From assembly GCA_963734535.1 (NCBI GenBank), contig CAVTHS010000007.1, forward strand, positions 128,001 through 192,000: a stretch of DNA of 64,000 nucleotides, read 5' to 3'. Position 1 is the stretch's first letter. Each line of letters opens with the position of its first letter. The notes under the pieces were generated by a model that had not been told where the DNA came from, made no database searches, and was given only the letters and a program-made list of their open reading frames with translations. Origin of the DNA: an uncultured Chloroflexia bacterium. Lineage in GTDB: Bacteria; Chloroflexota; Limnocylindria; Limnocylindrales; CSP1-4. Made by a program: the position numbers and the translations under genes. Shown piece by piece: positions 31,105 to 43,076 of this stretch.

Positions 31105-32313
31105 ATGCAGATCCTCCTCGTAAGCCCGGGAATGCCCTTTCCGGGGGAAGCCGGCTCTCCTCGGACATACAACCTGGCCAGGCGTCTCTCTGCGCGGCAC
31201 GACATCGCATTGCTCCTTCTCTCGTCGGCCGGAGATGGGTACGACGGGGACCTCGCCAAGTTCGAAGCCGAGGATGCCCCCTTTGCCTCGGTGACGGCGG
31301 CAACGGTGCACCAGGGCGTCGGCTCGGTGGGCGCGAGACTGGCGAACGCCCTGATCGGCAATCCCTGGTTCGCCACCCGCTGGATTCGCGGGAGCGAGCA
31401 CGCACGGGCCGTTGCCGCGGTCCGGAGGGCGAGCAACGGCAAGGATGTGGTCTGGGTTGACAGCCTGCCGATGCTCCAGTATGTCGAGAGCTCCGGGTTG
31501 CCCCTGGTCGTCGACGAGATCGACTACGTCAGCAGGCTCTCGTTCGCTGAGGCCGGGGCGCGAACCACGCTCCTGGGGAGGCTGCTGGGCCGCTGGCGCG
31601 CTTCGCTCGTACGAAGGTACGAGAGACGGCACCTCAAGAATGCCGACGCGGTGGTTCTCATCTCACGCGTCGAGGCGGAGATGATGCTCGGCGACATCGG
31701 GGTGAGAGCCGACGTGGTGTTGAACGGTTGCGACACCGATTTCTTCGTTCCCACCAGCGAAGCGCCGTCACTGCCCGGGTCGCCATCCCTCCTGTTCGTC
31801 GGGAATTTCCGGTATGAGCCGAACCACGATGCGGCAACGTACATACTGGACGAACTCACGGGTAGCATCGTCGAGGCATTTCCCGAGGCACGGATCCATC
31901 TCGTCGGTCCCCCACCGGACCCGGGATTCGTGAATGTTCCCGACCAGGTTGAGGTGGTCGGCTTCGTTGATGACGTCAGGCCCTACTACGCGGGCGCGGA
32001 TGTGCTGATCTGCCCGCTGCGCTACGGCACGGGGCTCAAGAACAAGGTGCTCGAGGCCGGGGCGATGGAGTGCGCGATCGTCGCATCGAGCATTGCCGTC
32101 GAAGGCATCGCCTTCGAGGATCGCACCCATTACCTGCGAGCCTCGACGACGGCGGACTACGTGGCCAGGATTGGGGAGGCGGTTGCTCGGGACAAGGCCT
32201 TTGGGTCGCTGTTGGGGCGAAACGCCAGGCAGGCAGTGCAGAGGAACTACAGCTGGGCGAACGAGGCGGCGAAGCTCGAGTCCATCCTTGCGCGGGTGGC
32301 TTCGCGCACGTAG
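31105..32313 (+). CDS. Glycosyltransferase family 4
   Basis: NGCD, FVGNFRYEPN, GFVDD, PLRYGTGLKNKVLEA. Confidence 0.88.
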   Translation: MQILLVSPGMPFPGEAGSPRTYNLARRLSARHDIALLLLSSAGDGYDGDLAKFEAEDAPFASVTAATVHQGVGSVGARLANALIGNPWFATRWIRGSEHARAVAAVRRASNGKDVVWVDSLPMLQYVESSGLPLVVDEIDYVSRLSFAEAGARTTLLGRLLGRWRASLVRRYERRHLKNADAVVLISRVEAEMMLGDIGVRADVVLNGCDTDFFVPTSEAPSLPGSPSLLFVGNFRYEPNHDAATYILDELTGSIVEAFPEARIHLVGPPPDPGFVNVPDQVEVVGFVDDVRPYYAGADVLICPLRYGTGLKNKVLEAGAMECAIVASSIAVEGIAFEDRTHYLRASTTADYVARIGEAVARDKAFGSLLGRNARQAVQRNYSWANEAAKLESILARVASRT

Positions 32314-32341
32314 TGCGCCGTCGCTCCCGTCCATCGGCTCC

Positions 32342-33646
32342 TCAGGCGGGCACTGACGGATCGGGGACTTCCACCAGCAGACCATGCTCGGCGAGCCGCT
32401 CGGCCAAGGGGTGCAGGTCCGCCACGGGGACCCCGATGATGTCGCTGATGCCGATCAGGTCGTTCGAGCCGTCCGCGTAGGCAAGGAGATCCATCATCGC
32501 CCGGACGATGTGGAATGTCTCTCGTGTGCCAAGCGTCGGATAGAGGCCCCGGCGGCCCAGCTGGGGTTCCCCGAGGCACGTGGTGCGATAGACCTTGTTG
32601 CGCTCGAGGAGCTCGAGGCAGTCGCGCAGGATGGAGAAGCCGCCCTCGAGCCCGGCAGGCGTGACGAGGTCCAGGTCGTCCAGCGACGTGTGGTACTCGG
32701 GGTACTCCTGGTACTTGGAGCGCATCACGGAGACCACGGGCAGATCGATCCCGGGACTGCAGTACTGGCGCTCGTCACTGCCGCGATCCAGGTAGGAGTA
32801 GCGGGCAAAGCCGGGGTGCCTGGCGGTCAAGGCGTGGACCGCGACCCGGTCGGCAAGCGTCCCCCCGGTTCGCGACGGCAGGAAGGAGAACGCCCGCTCG
32901 TCGCCGATGCAGGTCAGGTTGAAGCCCGCGACCGTGTTGGCCTTCATCTCCCCCAGGTGCGCCTGCAGGTACGTGAGCGATCCGATCGTCTCGGGAATGA
33001 AGACGATCCGGTACGTGAGCCGTCGCGGCCTGCTCGCGATCCATTTCGCCAGCCAGGTGGTCACGACCGGACCCGAGAGCTCGTTGTTGGCCATGGAGGG
33101 ATGGCAGACGTAGGTGGACAGGAGCACCTCCCGGGATGTGGCACCCGGGATGATCAGCTCCCCGTAGGTGAGGGATCCTGCCTTCAGCTCGCTGTCGATG
33201 ACCGCCCGGTATCGCCCGTCCTTCAGCGTCTGCCGCTGCGCGTGGGTCAGGCAGAAGCCCCAGCGTGGCTCGTAGTACGAGGTCACGTAGGGAATCGCGT
33301 CCGGCAGGCTCTCGAGCGAGTGCAGGTGCTCCTGCAACTCGGCCAGCGAAACGGTCGTATCCACGGGCACCGAGTAGCCGACCACGTGGAGGTTGTTGGC
33401 CCGAAAGTCGACGATCCGCTCACCGCGCTCGTCGAGGATGTACGCGTCCCGGATGTTCCATTCGAGTGGCACGGTCCAGTCGAAGACCGGGGTGCCGGAC
33501 GGGACCTCGTGGATCGTCAGGGGTATCTGCTCCCCGATGATCCTGAGCGTCTCCCGCACGCCGTCGCCGGTGATGCTCCGGCAGATCGGGAACAGGCGCG
33601 TCGCCAGCTCGTGCATCGCCGGGCCGCGGTCGTCAGAACCTTCCAT
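32342..33646 (-). CDS. DUF4910 aminopeptidase-like protein
   Basis: [64 protein letters not shown]. Confidence 0.88.
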   Translation of the reverse strand: MEGSDDRGPAMHELATRLFPICRSITGDGVRETLRIIGEQIPLTIHEVPSGTPVFDWTVPLEWNIRDAYILDERGERIVDFRANNLHVVGYSVPVDTTVSLAELQEHLHSLESLPDAIPYVTSYYEPRWGFCLTHAQRQTLKDGRYRAVIDSELKAGSLTYGELIIPGATSREVLLSTYVCHPSMANNELSGPVVTTWLAKWIASRPRRLTYRIVFIPETIGSLTYLQAHLGEMKANTVAGFNLTCIGDERAFSFLPSRTGGTLADRVAVHALTARHPGFARYSYLDRGSDERQYCSPGIDLPVVSVMRSKYQEYPEYHTSLDDLDLVTPAGLEGGFSILRDCLELLERNKVYRTTCLGEPQLGRRGLYPTLGTRETFHIVRAMMDLLAYADGSNDLIGISDIIGVPVADLHPLAERLAEHGLLVEVPDPSVPA

Positions 33647-34694
33647 CGCGCAGATCTTCCTGGGCTCGACGATAGTCCTCGTGCCGGCCCACGTCCTGCC
33701 AGTACTCGATGATCGGGAAGCCGGCGACGACCTGCCCTTCCTCCAGGAGACGGTGGATGAGGTCGGTCATGTCGAAGCGGCGGCCGCCCGGGATGTAGTC
33801 GCAGGCGCTGGGCTCGAGCAGGTAGATGCCGGCGTTGATGAGGAGCGTGAGGCGAGGCTTCTCCTTCAACTCCGTGACGCGGGCGTCATCGCATTCCACG
33901 ACGCCGAACGGCACCTGCACCTCGTGCACACGGACGCCCACGGTCAGCAACGCGCCGTGCTTCTGGTGGTAGCGCAGCATCTGCGGATAGGACACCCGCG
34001 TGAGGATGTCGCCGTTGATGACCAGGAACGGCCCGCCGGGCCTCTGGATGAGCTTCAGGCCTCCGGCCGTCCCCAGCGGCTGGTCTTCGTTCGAGTAGTT
34101 CATCCTGACCCCGAAGGCCCCGCCGTCACCGAAGTGCCCGACGATGCTCTCGGGCAGGTAGTGGGTGGTGAGGTGCACCTCGCGGATGCCGGAACGCCGC
34201 AATTGCTCGATCGTGCGCTCCAGCAGCGGGCGCTCGCCCACGGGCAGCATCGGCTTGGGCACGTGTTCGGTGAGGGGCAGCAGCCGCTTCCCGTAGCCAC
34301 CGGCCATGATCACGGCCGACAGGTCAGTGCTGACCTCGGCCACGAGGTTCTTGCGGAGGAGGAGGTCGAGGAGCATCCCCGTGTCATCGACCACGGGCAG
34401 ATGGTTGATGTCGTGCTGTAGCATGACCTCGGAGCGCTTCCGCCGCGGAGATGGTGCCGTCGGCGACGACCGGGCTCAGGATGGCGATCGTCTCGCTGGG
34501 TGCGTCGAGCGGGACCTTGCGCAAGATGGCGCGCCGGATGTCGCCGTCGGTCAGGAGACCGCGCAGCTGCGCCCGGGTGCGCACAGGACCAGCGCGCCGG
34601 TCCCCGCCCGGTCGAGTTGCGAGATGGCATCCGCGATCGACAGCTCGGGTGGCGCGATGACGCTGTCGAGGTACTCCTCCTGGGTGGCCTCCAT
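33633..34694 (-). CDS. CBS-domain nucleotidyltransferase (PtmE-like), frameshifted
   Basis: [13 protein letters not shown] (CBS), [12 protein letters not shown]...PKPML, PLGTAG, INGDIL, NAGIY, WQDVG. Confidence 0.88.
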
Positions 34695-34696
34695 GG

Positions 34697-36096
34697 TCAG
34701 CGCGGGCCGACCGGCGCGGCTGCGCTGTCCGCCGGGGCATTCAGCACGCGTCGCACGGACTGACCGGTGGCCGGATCGAGGTTGACGACGGTCGCCACGC
34801 CGATGGCGTTGTTGGCGGCGACCCCGATCGCACTCAGGGCCTGGAGCGGGAATGTCTCCTCGTCGAAGACGTAGCGCCAGCGGTGGAACGGCTCGTCGAT
34901 GTCGAGATTGTCGTGGTGGTAGGTGCCGGCCACGGTCTTGAGCGCCAGCCAGGGCTGGGGGCCGAAGGTCGCGACGGTCGACCGGATGTCCAGCGTGTGG
35001 CTCGCATCGCCGGTCGCGACGAGCGATACCTCGAGCTCGCAGGCCGGGGCGAGCGGGAGGTGCAGGGCTTCACGCATCGCCTCGATGGCCTCGCAGAACT
35101 TGACCGGCACGTCGGGGAAATCCCGTCCCACGCGCTCGAGCAGCCCGCGGACCCCGTCGACGTCGGGCCGGATGTCCCGGAAGTCGTGGTCGGTGAAGGC
35201 CAGTACCACGGGCCGCTCCTCCTGGGCTTCGCGGAAGGCCTGTCGCACGTGGTCCTCGGTGAGCAACCGGTATCGAGTGCCGACGTTGAGACAACGGCGA
35301 TCCACCGCCGGCAGGCGCCCGGTACCTGGTAGTCGTCGTGTGCCGGATGGTATGGCTCCCAGGTAGCGGGGGCGCGGCGCCAGTCGCCCCAACGACCGTC
35401 CTCAAGGCCGGACTGAGCCCTGTCCTCTTCGGAGGGCGTTGTCGCCTGACTGGAGAGATCGAACGGGATGAACTGCTCGAGAAACCAGTGACTGTCGGGG
35501 CGGATGACATGAAATCCGGCTCGATGGGCGGCTGGGAACCACTGCCTGTCGATGACCCGACGGCAGAGGATCTGCTGCAGGCTGTCGGAAGACGCCCACC
35601 AGTGGGAGGCGCAGCGATGAGCCTCTCGCCGGAAGTTGTGGGGGTGATAGTGGAAGTGCACGCCATCGCGCGACGAAGCCAAGTCCCGGACCAATCCTCA
35701 GGTAGTGGTCGAAGACGTTGTGATAGCCGATGTCCCGTCGCCTGGGGTTGGCGTCGTAGTCGACATGGTCCACGCAGAACCAGTTGTAGACCCAGCCGTG
35801 ACCTTCGGAATCGAGCGTGCGATCACGAAAGCCGGTCGACATGCACTCGGCCAGCATTTCGTCGACCTTGTCCCAGGTGTCGTTGTAGGCCAGCAGGTGA
35901 GGGTCTACCACCTTCCGGACGGCCGTCTCGTTGCCGCCTAGGTCGACCTCGCCGGCCTGCAGGCGGCGAAGCAAGGCGGCGCTGGGCTCGAGGTCGAACC
36001 CGAAGATCGACTTAGACGCTCGAAGGTGGCCTCTACCGACTCGTGGAGAGGACCCTCAGTATCGATGCAGTGGACGACGTGAACGGCGCTTGCCAT
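34697..36096 (-). CDS. Uncharacterised putative metal-dependent hydrolase (deacetylase-like), several frameshifts
   Basis: MASAVHVVHCIDTEGPL, YNWFCVDH, HFHYH, AFTDHDFRD in successive frames. Confidence 0.7.
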
Positions 36097-36124
36097 CGCG
36101 CTCCTCGGGCCGGGGGCTCCCGGC

Positions 36125-37177
36125 CTATTCGAGATCCTCCCAGCGGATCACTTGGTCTTCTACCACATCATCGGCAAGTCTGCGCCCGACTACATAGCGA
36201 AGTTCGTCCGGGCCGATGCCGGTGCCCGGGCGCTTCGCGTCGACGTCGTGCTCGGTCAGGACGTGCCCGGCCGGCAGCGGCTCGCGGGCCACCAGGCTCC
36301 TCCTGAACTGCCTGCGCTTCTCGAACTCCGCCTCGGTCACCGTCCGCCGGGCGCTTCCCAGGGCCTGGAAGACCTCGCGCCCTTCGTCCACGATGGTGCG
36401 CATCTCCCGCGGATCGGCCGAGATGGCATGGTCCCAGCCCTCCATGTCCTTGTCGAGGGTGAAGTGCTTCTCGATGAAGCAGGCGCCCAGGGCGATGGCG
36501 GCCAGGGGGATGGAGGTCCCCAGGGTGTGGTCGCTGAAGCCCACCGGCACCTCGAAGGCTTCGCGCAGCGTGGCCATGTTGCGCAGATGGATGGTCGCCG
36601 GGTCCGGGGGGTAGATGGAGACGCAGTGGAGCAGGACGATCTGCTCGTTGCCCTGCGCCCGAACGGTCTCCACCGCCTGTTCGATCTCCCCGAGGGCGGC
36701 CATCCCCGTGGAGATCACGACGGGCCGTTGCTTCGCGGCGACGTGGGCCAGGAGCGGGAGGTTGGTGACGTCCATCGAGGCGAGCTTGATGAACGGCACG
36801 TCGAGTTCGTCCAGCAGGTCGGCCTCGCCGGGCGAGAACGCGCTCGAGCAGAAGGCGATGCCTCGGCTTTGGCAATGTTCCCAGGCTTCGCGATGCTGCT
36901 CGGGGGTGAGCTGATAGGCCCTCACCATCTCGCGCAGCGAACCGAAGTGCTTCTTCTTGTCGGAGTACTCGGGATTCCGGTCGTACTCTTCGCGCGCGAT
37001 GAGGGACGACTCACTCCACGACTGGAACTTGACCGCGTGCGCACCGGCGTCGGCGGCGGCGTCGATCAGCTGGCGGCAGAGGTCCATGTCGCCGTTGTGG
37101 TTGGAGCCCACCTCGGCAACGATGTAGGGGGGGTCGCCCTCGCCGACGGACACGTTCCCCAGGCTCACGGTCTTCAT
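36125..37177 (-). CDS. N-acetylneuraminate synthase family (NeuB/LegI/PseI) with SAF domain
   Basis: IVAEVGSNHNGD, VKFQ, KLASMD, STGMA, LHCVSIYP, GFSDHT, IEKHFTLD, RRSL, KRPGTGI. Confidence 0.93.
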   Translation of the reverse strand: MKTVSLGNVSVGEGDPPYIVAEVGSNHNGDMDLCRQLIDAAADAGAHAVKFQSWSESSLIAREEYDRNPEYSDKKKHFGSLREMVRAYQLTPEQHREAWEHCQSRGIAFCSSAFSPGEADLLDELDVPFIKLASMDVTNLPLLAHVAAKQRPVVISTGMAALGEIEQAVETVRAQGNEQIVLLHCVSIYPPDPATIHLRNMATLREAFEVPVGFSDHTLGTSIPLAAIALGACFIEKHFTLDKDMEGWDHAISADPREMRTIVDEGREVFQALGSARRTVTEAEFEKRRQFRRSLVAREPLPAGHVLTEHDVDAKRPGTGIGPDELRYVVGRRLADDVVEDQVIRWEDLE

Positions 37178-38099
37178 GTTGGCTCCTTCCGGGTGGTCCA
37201 AAGATGCCGCAGGGCGGGGTAGGCAACGCACGACCACCAGAGCGGTGCCGGGGCCGCGGCATTCAGCGCCATGACGTATCGCTCGAGCTTGTCCTCGTCC
37301 AATGCGACGCGTCGGTAGAAGGCCTCGATGTCGGCCGTCACTTCGCGGACCCGGGCAAGGCGGTCGGGCAGGGCACCGGCCAGGGGGTGGTCCCGGAGGA
37401 TCTGGAAGTGTCTGCGGACCAGCTCCGTGTCGGAGCGGACCCGGTCCGGCGTGAAGGGCAGGCGGGTGCGCGCCATGTTCGCCCCGTGCTGGCGGTAGTC
37501 CATCCGCGCCACCGGGTCGAAGGCCAGCCGCGCCCCGCACAGCCAGGCCCGCGTGACGAGGTACCAGTCCACGAGGGCCGCCTCGGCCGGGATCGGCAGG
37601 CAACGCCCGAGTACGTCGGAGCGGAACGCGCTGTTCGAGAGGCCGTAGACGTTGTGGCGAGGCAGGACGTCGGCCGGTGCGGCGTCGGGCGGGAGCCCGA
37701 GCGACGAGCCGAGAGGGCGGCCGTCTTCGTCGACCAGGCGCAGGGCGCAGCCGGTGACGTCGCTGTCGCGGAGGCCCCGGCGGGCCGCCGCGACGCGGGT
37801 GGGGTGCAGCACGTCGTCGCTGTCCACGAGGACCACCGCGTCGCAGTGCTCGACGATCCGGGCCAAGGCTCCCTGGCGCACCTGGGCCGGTGTGTCGCCG
37901 GCGCAGGCCGGCACCCAGGTCGCCGGCGGACGGGTCCCCAGGGTCTCCTCGACGGCCTCGATCTCCAGCCCGTCCAGGCCGATCCACAGCTGGAAGTCCG
38001 TGTCGGTCTGGCGCTGCACCGACTCGTACCAGTCGGGCAGGAAGCGCTCGACGCCCGGGTAGACGGTCGTGTAGAGTGCCAGCGTGCCCTGGCAGTCAT
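37174..38099 (-). CDS. GT-A / family 2-like glycosyltransferase (frameshift near start)
   Basis: YTTVYPG, SVQRQTD, LVDSDD (DxD), DWYL, YRQHGAN. Confidence 0.7.
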
Positions 38100-38828
38100 C
38101 CGGCGGGATCCGGCTCCGGACCGGGCCGGCCGTCGGAGGCGAGCCCCATCAGGACGTCGGCCAGCAGCCAGTCGTCCTCGGTGTCGATGTCGAGCCCGTG
38201 CGTCCAGTGGATCTCCCAGCCCGTCCTGCCCGCCAGGTGGAAGGTCCCCTCGCGCCGCAGCGCGTCGGTCGTGGCCCACCAGACGGCGCCCGTCGGGCAG
38301 AAGAGCTCCGGCAGGTCCTGGCTGCGCTGCGTCATCGCCTCCGCGAAGAGCGGTGCGATAGTCAGGTCGGACGCGCGGCGCATCGCCCACCAGGGGTTCT
38401 GCCAGCCGTAGCGCACGACCGAGATCTGCGCCGCGGCCTGGTCTCGACGAACTGCCGATGGCTGGCGACGACGTCGTCGGCGGTGCGCAGCGGACAGTTG
38501 GGCATCAGCTGGCACACCTGCTCGTACGCCTGCCCTGCCGGGCCGAGGCGCTCGAGGACGTCGATCGTCGCCCGCGAGACGGGCGTCATGTCGTCGGCCA
38601 GGGCGGGGTCGCGCAGGAAGGGCACCTCAGCGCCGTGGCCCGGGCGATCTCGGCGATCTCGGCGCTGTCCGTCGTCACGACCACCCGGTCGAAGAGGCCG
38701 CTCTCGACGGCCGCCTCGACCGTGTAGGCGAGCAGCGGCCGGCCCTGCATGGGCCGCACGTTCTTGCGCGGGACCCGCTTCGAGCCTCCCCGGGCGGGGA
38801 TCACCGCGAGGCGCGCCGTCGCGCTCAA
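38096..38828 (-). CDS. Acylneuraminate cytidylyltransferase (NeuA/LegF/PseF), frameshifted
   Basis: IPARGGSKRVPRKN, EVPFLR, LMPNCPLR, RSQDLP, GAVW, DIDTEDD. Confidence 0.9.
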
Positions 38829-39462
38829 CCGATCCTCCTGGCGGGACGCCCGCGTACGTGCCCGGGACGGCGATGTCGGCCGTGACCACCGCTCCGGCAC
38901 CGATGAGGCAGCCGTCCGCGATGCGCACGCCGTGGATGACCACGGCTCCCGCTCCGACGAAGGAGTGGCTCCCGATCGTGACTCCGCCGCTGACCGTGGC
39001 CCCGGGAGCGATGTGGACGTTGTCGCCGAGGCGACAGTCGTGCTCCAGGGTGGCGTTGGTGTTGACGATGCAGGCGGCGCCGGTCGTGACGCCGGTGTTG
39101 ACCACCGCCCCGTCGAAGACGACCGTGCCGGCGCCAAGCTCGACCTCGATGTTCACGACGGCGTCCGGTGAGACGATGACGGGGAACTGGTACCCCAGGG
39201 ATTCGAGCTGCCCTGGAGCGCGGCGCGCCGCGACGAGGCGTCGACCTTGCCCACGCCCATGATCGCCGCGCAGCCGGGGTGGCCGCGAGCACGTCCGGAA
39301 GCACGCGGTCGTCGCCCAGGCAGGAAGCGCCCAGGAGGACGCCGACGTCGCGGGAGTCCGTGTAGCCGGCGATGTCCAGGGAAGCTTTCGCAGGACGCTG
39401 ATGAGCACCTTGGCGTGGCCGCCCCCGCCGATGACGACGATCGTGCGTTCCTTTCGGCTCAT
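38825..39462 (-). CDS. NeuD/PglD-family sugar acetyltransferase, frameshifted
   Basis: IGGGGHAKV, VNTNATLEHDC, HIAPGATVSG, GAGAVV. Confidence 0.88.
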
Positions 39463-40863
39463 CGCTCCACCCTCCCAGGCGCACATCGGGCCGCGGAAGC
39501 CGTCCCTGGGTCCGGCGCGCTCGCTTCGCTGTCCGCGCTGCAGGTGCACGATGAGCAGGTAGCTCACCACCATGAAGACCACGCGGCCGACCAGCATCGC
39601 CTGGGGGAAGGCGGTGAGCTGGACCGTGTCGCGGGTCAGGAGCAGAAGGCGCCACGTAGGCGGCGATCCCGAGGGCCAGGGCGGCCAGGTACATGTCCTG
39701 GCGCCGGACGACGTTGAAGACCGAGTCCAGCGGCCGGAAGCTGCTCACCAAGGGAAGCAGAAGTGCCCACTGCATGGCCGGAACCGCGTCCACGTACTGC
39801 GGGATCACGAAGTCGCACGAGCGGCTCGGCCGCGAACCAGCCGACCACGGCCACCACGGACAGGCCTGCGCATGTTGCCAACATCGGCTTGATCGCGATC
39901 CGGACGAGATGTCGGTGTTGCGCCCGGCCCCGTACTCCTGGGCCATGCGCGGGTAGAGCACCTGCGCCACCGCGGCCGGGACGACCTCCAAGGCGGAGAT
40001 GGCCACCAGTACCATGGCGTAGAGCCCCATGCCCTGGGTGTCCCGTGAAGCTGAGCACCAGAGTGGAGTTGATCACGCCCGTCCAGAGGCCGTAGACCTG
40101 CCCAACGGCGAAGATCGGTGCGCCGATCATGAACAGGTGCCTCAGGTCGGCCCAGTCCCAGCGCGGGCCTACCCGCACCGGTCGCCAGCGGAAGAGCAGC
40201 GCAGTGCTGGTCGCGCCCGCGAGCACCACGCGTAGGCAGAGTCCGTAGAAGCCCAGAAGGGCCACAAGCGCCAGCCCGACCAGGCCCGGCGGCCCCCTCG
40301 GCCACGTTCGACCCGGGCCAGCCTGACGAAGTCGTGCGAGCTGCGAAAGGTCATCTGCAGGTAGCCAGTGCCGAAGAAGATGAACATCGCCAGGATCGCG
40401 TTGGTGAACCAGCCGGCGGCCTGTCAGCAGCTCGCCATGGGCCAGCTGCCAGATCGCCACTCCCGTCAGGCCGGCGAAGACCACCGCACCCACCGCCAGC
40501 GCCCAGGCCTGGGCCGCGGAGGCGAGGCTGTGGGCCCGTTCGATGTCGCCCTTGCCCATGTAGAACGGCAGTTCGCGGTTGAGCCCGTTGAGGATGCCCA
40601 ACTGCGCGATGGACGCGTAGCCCAGCACCAGGCCGATGCCGGCGAAGAGACCCAGGGTGGAGGGCGCCACCAGCCGCCCCAGGAGGACGCCACCGGCCAG
40701 GCGCATGGCCATCGCCACGAGGTTGCCGCCGGCCAGCGAGCCGGCCAGGAAGAGGACCGACCGGCGTGGCGCCGCCCGGGGTCGTTCGAGCCTCGGCGGG
40801 AGTTCCGTGGACTCGGCCGGGTTTACCAGGCTCGAGGTAGCGACCGTCGATCAGAGGGTCCAT
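39459..40863 (-). CDS. Oligosaccharide flippase (Wzx), several frameshifts
   Basis: Multi-TM; LGILNGLNRE, GLYA, LYPRM, PQYVDAVP. Confidence 0.8.
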
Positions 40864-40872
40864 TGCGGCCGC

Positions 40873-42045
40873 CTAGTTCTCGTCTTTGGTGGCAGGATCA
40901 GCCGGCGGGGCCTGAGGCCGCGGGTCCGTCTCGTCGATGAGCGCCACCACGTCGGCGATCTGCTCGGGTGTGAGCGAGAGGGAGCACGGCAGGTTGAGCA
41001 GCGTGTCATAGAAGCGCGGGGCGTTGCTGATCTGGTAGGCCTGCATGTCCAGGTACGGCTTCTGCAGGTGGTTGGGATACCAGAGCGGGCGCACCTGGAC
41101 GTCGGCGGCCGCACAGGCTGCCAGCAGTCGGGCTTGATGTCGGCGCTGTAGCAGAGGAACCCGTAGAACCAGCGGTTCGCCTCGCTCCACGCGGGCTGCT
41201 GCACCAGGCGCGCCGGACCCAGCGCCTGCTCGTACAGGGCGAAGTTGGCGCGCTTGGTCGCGATGCGCTCGTCCAAGGTTCTCCAGCTGCGCAAGGCCGA
41301 TGGCGGCCAGGACGTTGTTCATGCGGTAGTTGTAGCCGACGCTGTTGTGGATGTACTCCACTCCGTCCTCTTTGGCCTGCGTGGTGAGGTAGCGCGCCTG
41401 CCGGGCTACCTCGTCGTCGTTGGTGAGTATCGCGCCCCCACCGCCGGTGGTGACGATCTTGTTGCCGTTGAAGCTCAGGCAGCCGATGGCCGCGAGACCG
41501 CCGCACTTCCTGCCCTTGTAGAGCGAGCCGAGCGATTCGCTGGCGTCCTCCACGACCGCCAGGCCGTATTCGGCCGCCAGTTCCAGGAGCGGGTCCATGT
41601 CGACCGAGGTGCCGAAGACATGCACCGGTACGATGGCAGCGAGTCTTCGGCCCGAACTGCGGTTGGTCGTGCGGCCGTCACGCACGGTGCATTCCTCGGC
41701 CAGGAAGCGCCGCACGGCCTCCACGTCCAGGTTGCAGTACTGGTCGCAGTCCACGAACACCGGCCAGGCGTCCACGTAGCGGACCGCATTGACCGGGGCG
41801 ATGAAGGTCACCGCGGGCACGATGACCTCGTCTCCGGGCTGCACGCCCGAGAGCATGAGCGAGATGTGTATGGCCGAGGTGCCGCAGTTGCAGGCGACCG
41901 CGTGCTTGACGCCGATGTAGTCGGCCAGTATCTCCTCCATCCGCCACACGTACTCGCCGTTCGCCGAGATCCATTTGGTGGCGATGCAGCGGGTGATGTA
42001 TTCGAGTTCGTGCTGGCCTAGGGTAGGCTCGGACAGTGGGATCAT
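40873..42045 (-). CDS. LegC-family (DegT/DnrJ/EryC1/StrS) aminotransferase, 3' frameshifts
   Basis: IPLSEP, TFIAPVNAV, VPVHVFG, VEDASESLGS, SFNGNKIVTTGGGG, GYNYRM. Confidence 0.9.
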   Translation of the reverse strand: MIPLSEPTLGQHELEYITRCIATKWISANGEYVWRMEEILADYIGVKHAVACNCGTSAIHISLMLSGVQPGDEVIVPAVTFIAPVNAVRYVDAWPVFVDCDQYCNLDVEAVRRFLAEECTVRDGRTTNRSSGRRLAAIVPVHVFGTSVDMDPLLELAAEYGLAVVEDASESLGSLYKGRKCGGLAAIGCLSFNGNKIVTTGGGGAILTNDDEVARQARYLTTQAKEDGVEYIHNSVGYNYRMNNVLAAIGLAQLENLGRAHRDQARQLRPVRAGAGSGAPGAAARVERGEPLVLRVPLLQRRHQARLLAACAAADVQVRPLWYPNHLQKPYLDMQAYQISNAPRFYDTLLNLPCSLSLTPEQIADVVALIDETDPRPQAPPADPATKDEN

Positions 42046-42055
42046 GGGTCGCTCG

Positions 42056-43021
42056 CTACGAGTTGGTGTACCTCGCCGCGTAGGGGTCGGTGATGAGGCC
42101 GTCCTTGAGCGCGACGGCGATCTCCCGGATGCCGTCCGGCAGGCGCATCTTCGGGACGAACCCGAACGCGCCTATCCGATCGAAGCACACCCGGTAGTCA
42201 CGAGGGTCTTCGTCTCTCTCGACGTAGCGGAGCTTAACGGGGATCTGGGCGGCCACTTCCTCGGCGATCATGCGCTTCTGATAGTTCTCGTCGTTGGCGC
42301 CCACATTGAAGGTTCGGCGGGCCACCAGGCCGCGATCCGACTCGAGGATCAGGGCGACGGCGCCGGCGATGTCGCGCACGTGGCAGTAGGGGCGCCAGAA
42401 CTGCGGACCGAAGATCTCGAGCTCTCCCTTCAGCAGGGCATCGCGGGTGAACTCGTTGATCGTCAGGTCGAAGCGGGGGCGGAGCGAAAGCCCGTAGACG
42501 GTCGCGAAGCGCAGGATGGTGAAGTCGACGGACGTCTGGCGCTGGAGGAGATGCTCCTCGAACTGGACCTTCAGCTGGGCGTAGAGGCTGACCGGCCGGA
42601 GCGGGGCCTCCTCGTCGAGGAGCGCATCGGACTCCATCTTTCCGTAGTTGCTGCAGGTGGAGGCAAAGACGAAGCGGCCCACGCCGTGCCGCTCGCAGCG
42701 TTCAAGGAGGCTCTTCGAGCCTTCCCAGATGGTCCGGGTGGCCAGTTCGGGCTGCGCTTTGCAGGCGGGATCGCCGACGATCGAAGCCAGGTGCACCACC
42801 GCATCGAACCGTGCTCGGCGAACAGGCGTGCCAGCTCGGCAGGGACGCAGATGTCGGTCTTGCGGAACGTGAAAGCTGCCGTGCGACAGGAGGTCGAGCA
42901 GGGATTCGCCGCCGAAGAGCAGGGCGTCCGCGACGACCACTTGGTGGCCGCGCGAAAGCAGTTCGCGGGATACCATCGATCCGACATAGCCCGCACCGCC
43001 GGTGACCAGGACCGTGCTCAC
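42056..43021 (-). CDS. NAD-dependent epimerase/dehydratase
   Basis: VTGGAGYVGS, ASIVGDPAC, ASTCSNYG, YAQLK, RFATVYG, WRPYCHV. Confidence 0.88.
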   Translation of the reverse strand: MSTVLVTGGAGYVGSMVSRELLSRGHQVVVADALLFGGESLLDLLSHGSFHVPQDRHLRPCRAGTPVRRARFDAVVHLASIVGDPACKAQPELATRTIWEGSKSLLERCERHGVGRFVFASTCSNYGKMESDALLDEEAPLRPVSLYAQLKVQFEEHLLQRQTSVDFTILRFATVYGLSLRPRFDLTINEFTRDALLKGELEIFGPQFWRPYCHVRDIAGAVALILESDRGLVARRTFNVGANDENYQKRMIAEEVAAQIPVKLRYVERDEDPRDYRVCFDRIGAFGFVPKMRLPDGIREIAVALKDGLITDPYAARYTNS

Positions 43022-43076
43022 GCTACCTCCATTGCGCACGCTGGACTACATCGACCGCGACCAGGCAGTCTAACAG

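Noticed and set aside
36125-37987. 620-aa NeuB with long N-terminal extension
   Set aside because: True start is ATG 37177 with an AAGGAG RBS; the extension is the shadow frame of the upstream GT.
33633-42045. Programmed frameshifting or phase variation in nonulosonate genes
   Set aside because: Indels are scattered with no long homopolymer tracts or slippery sites; sequencing error is simpler.
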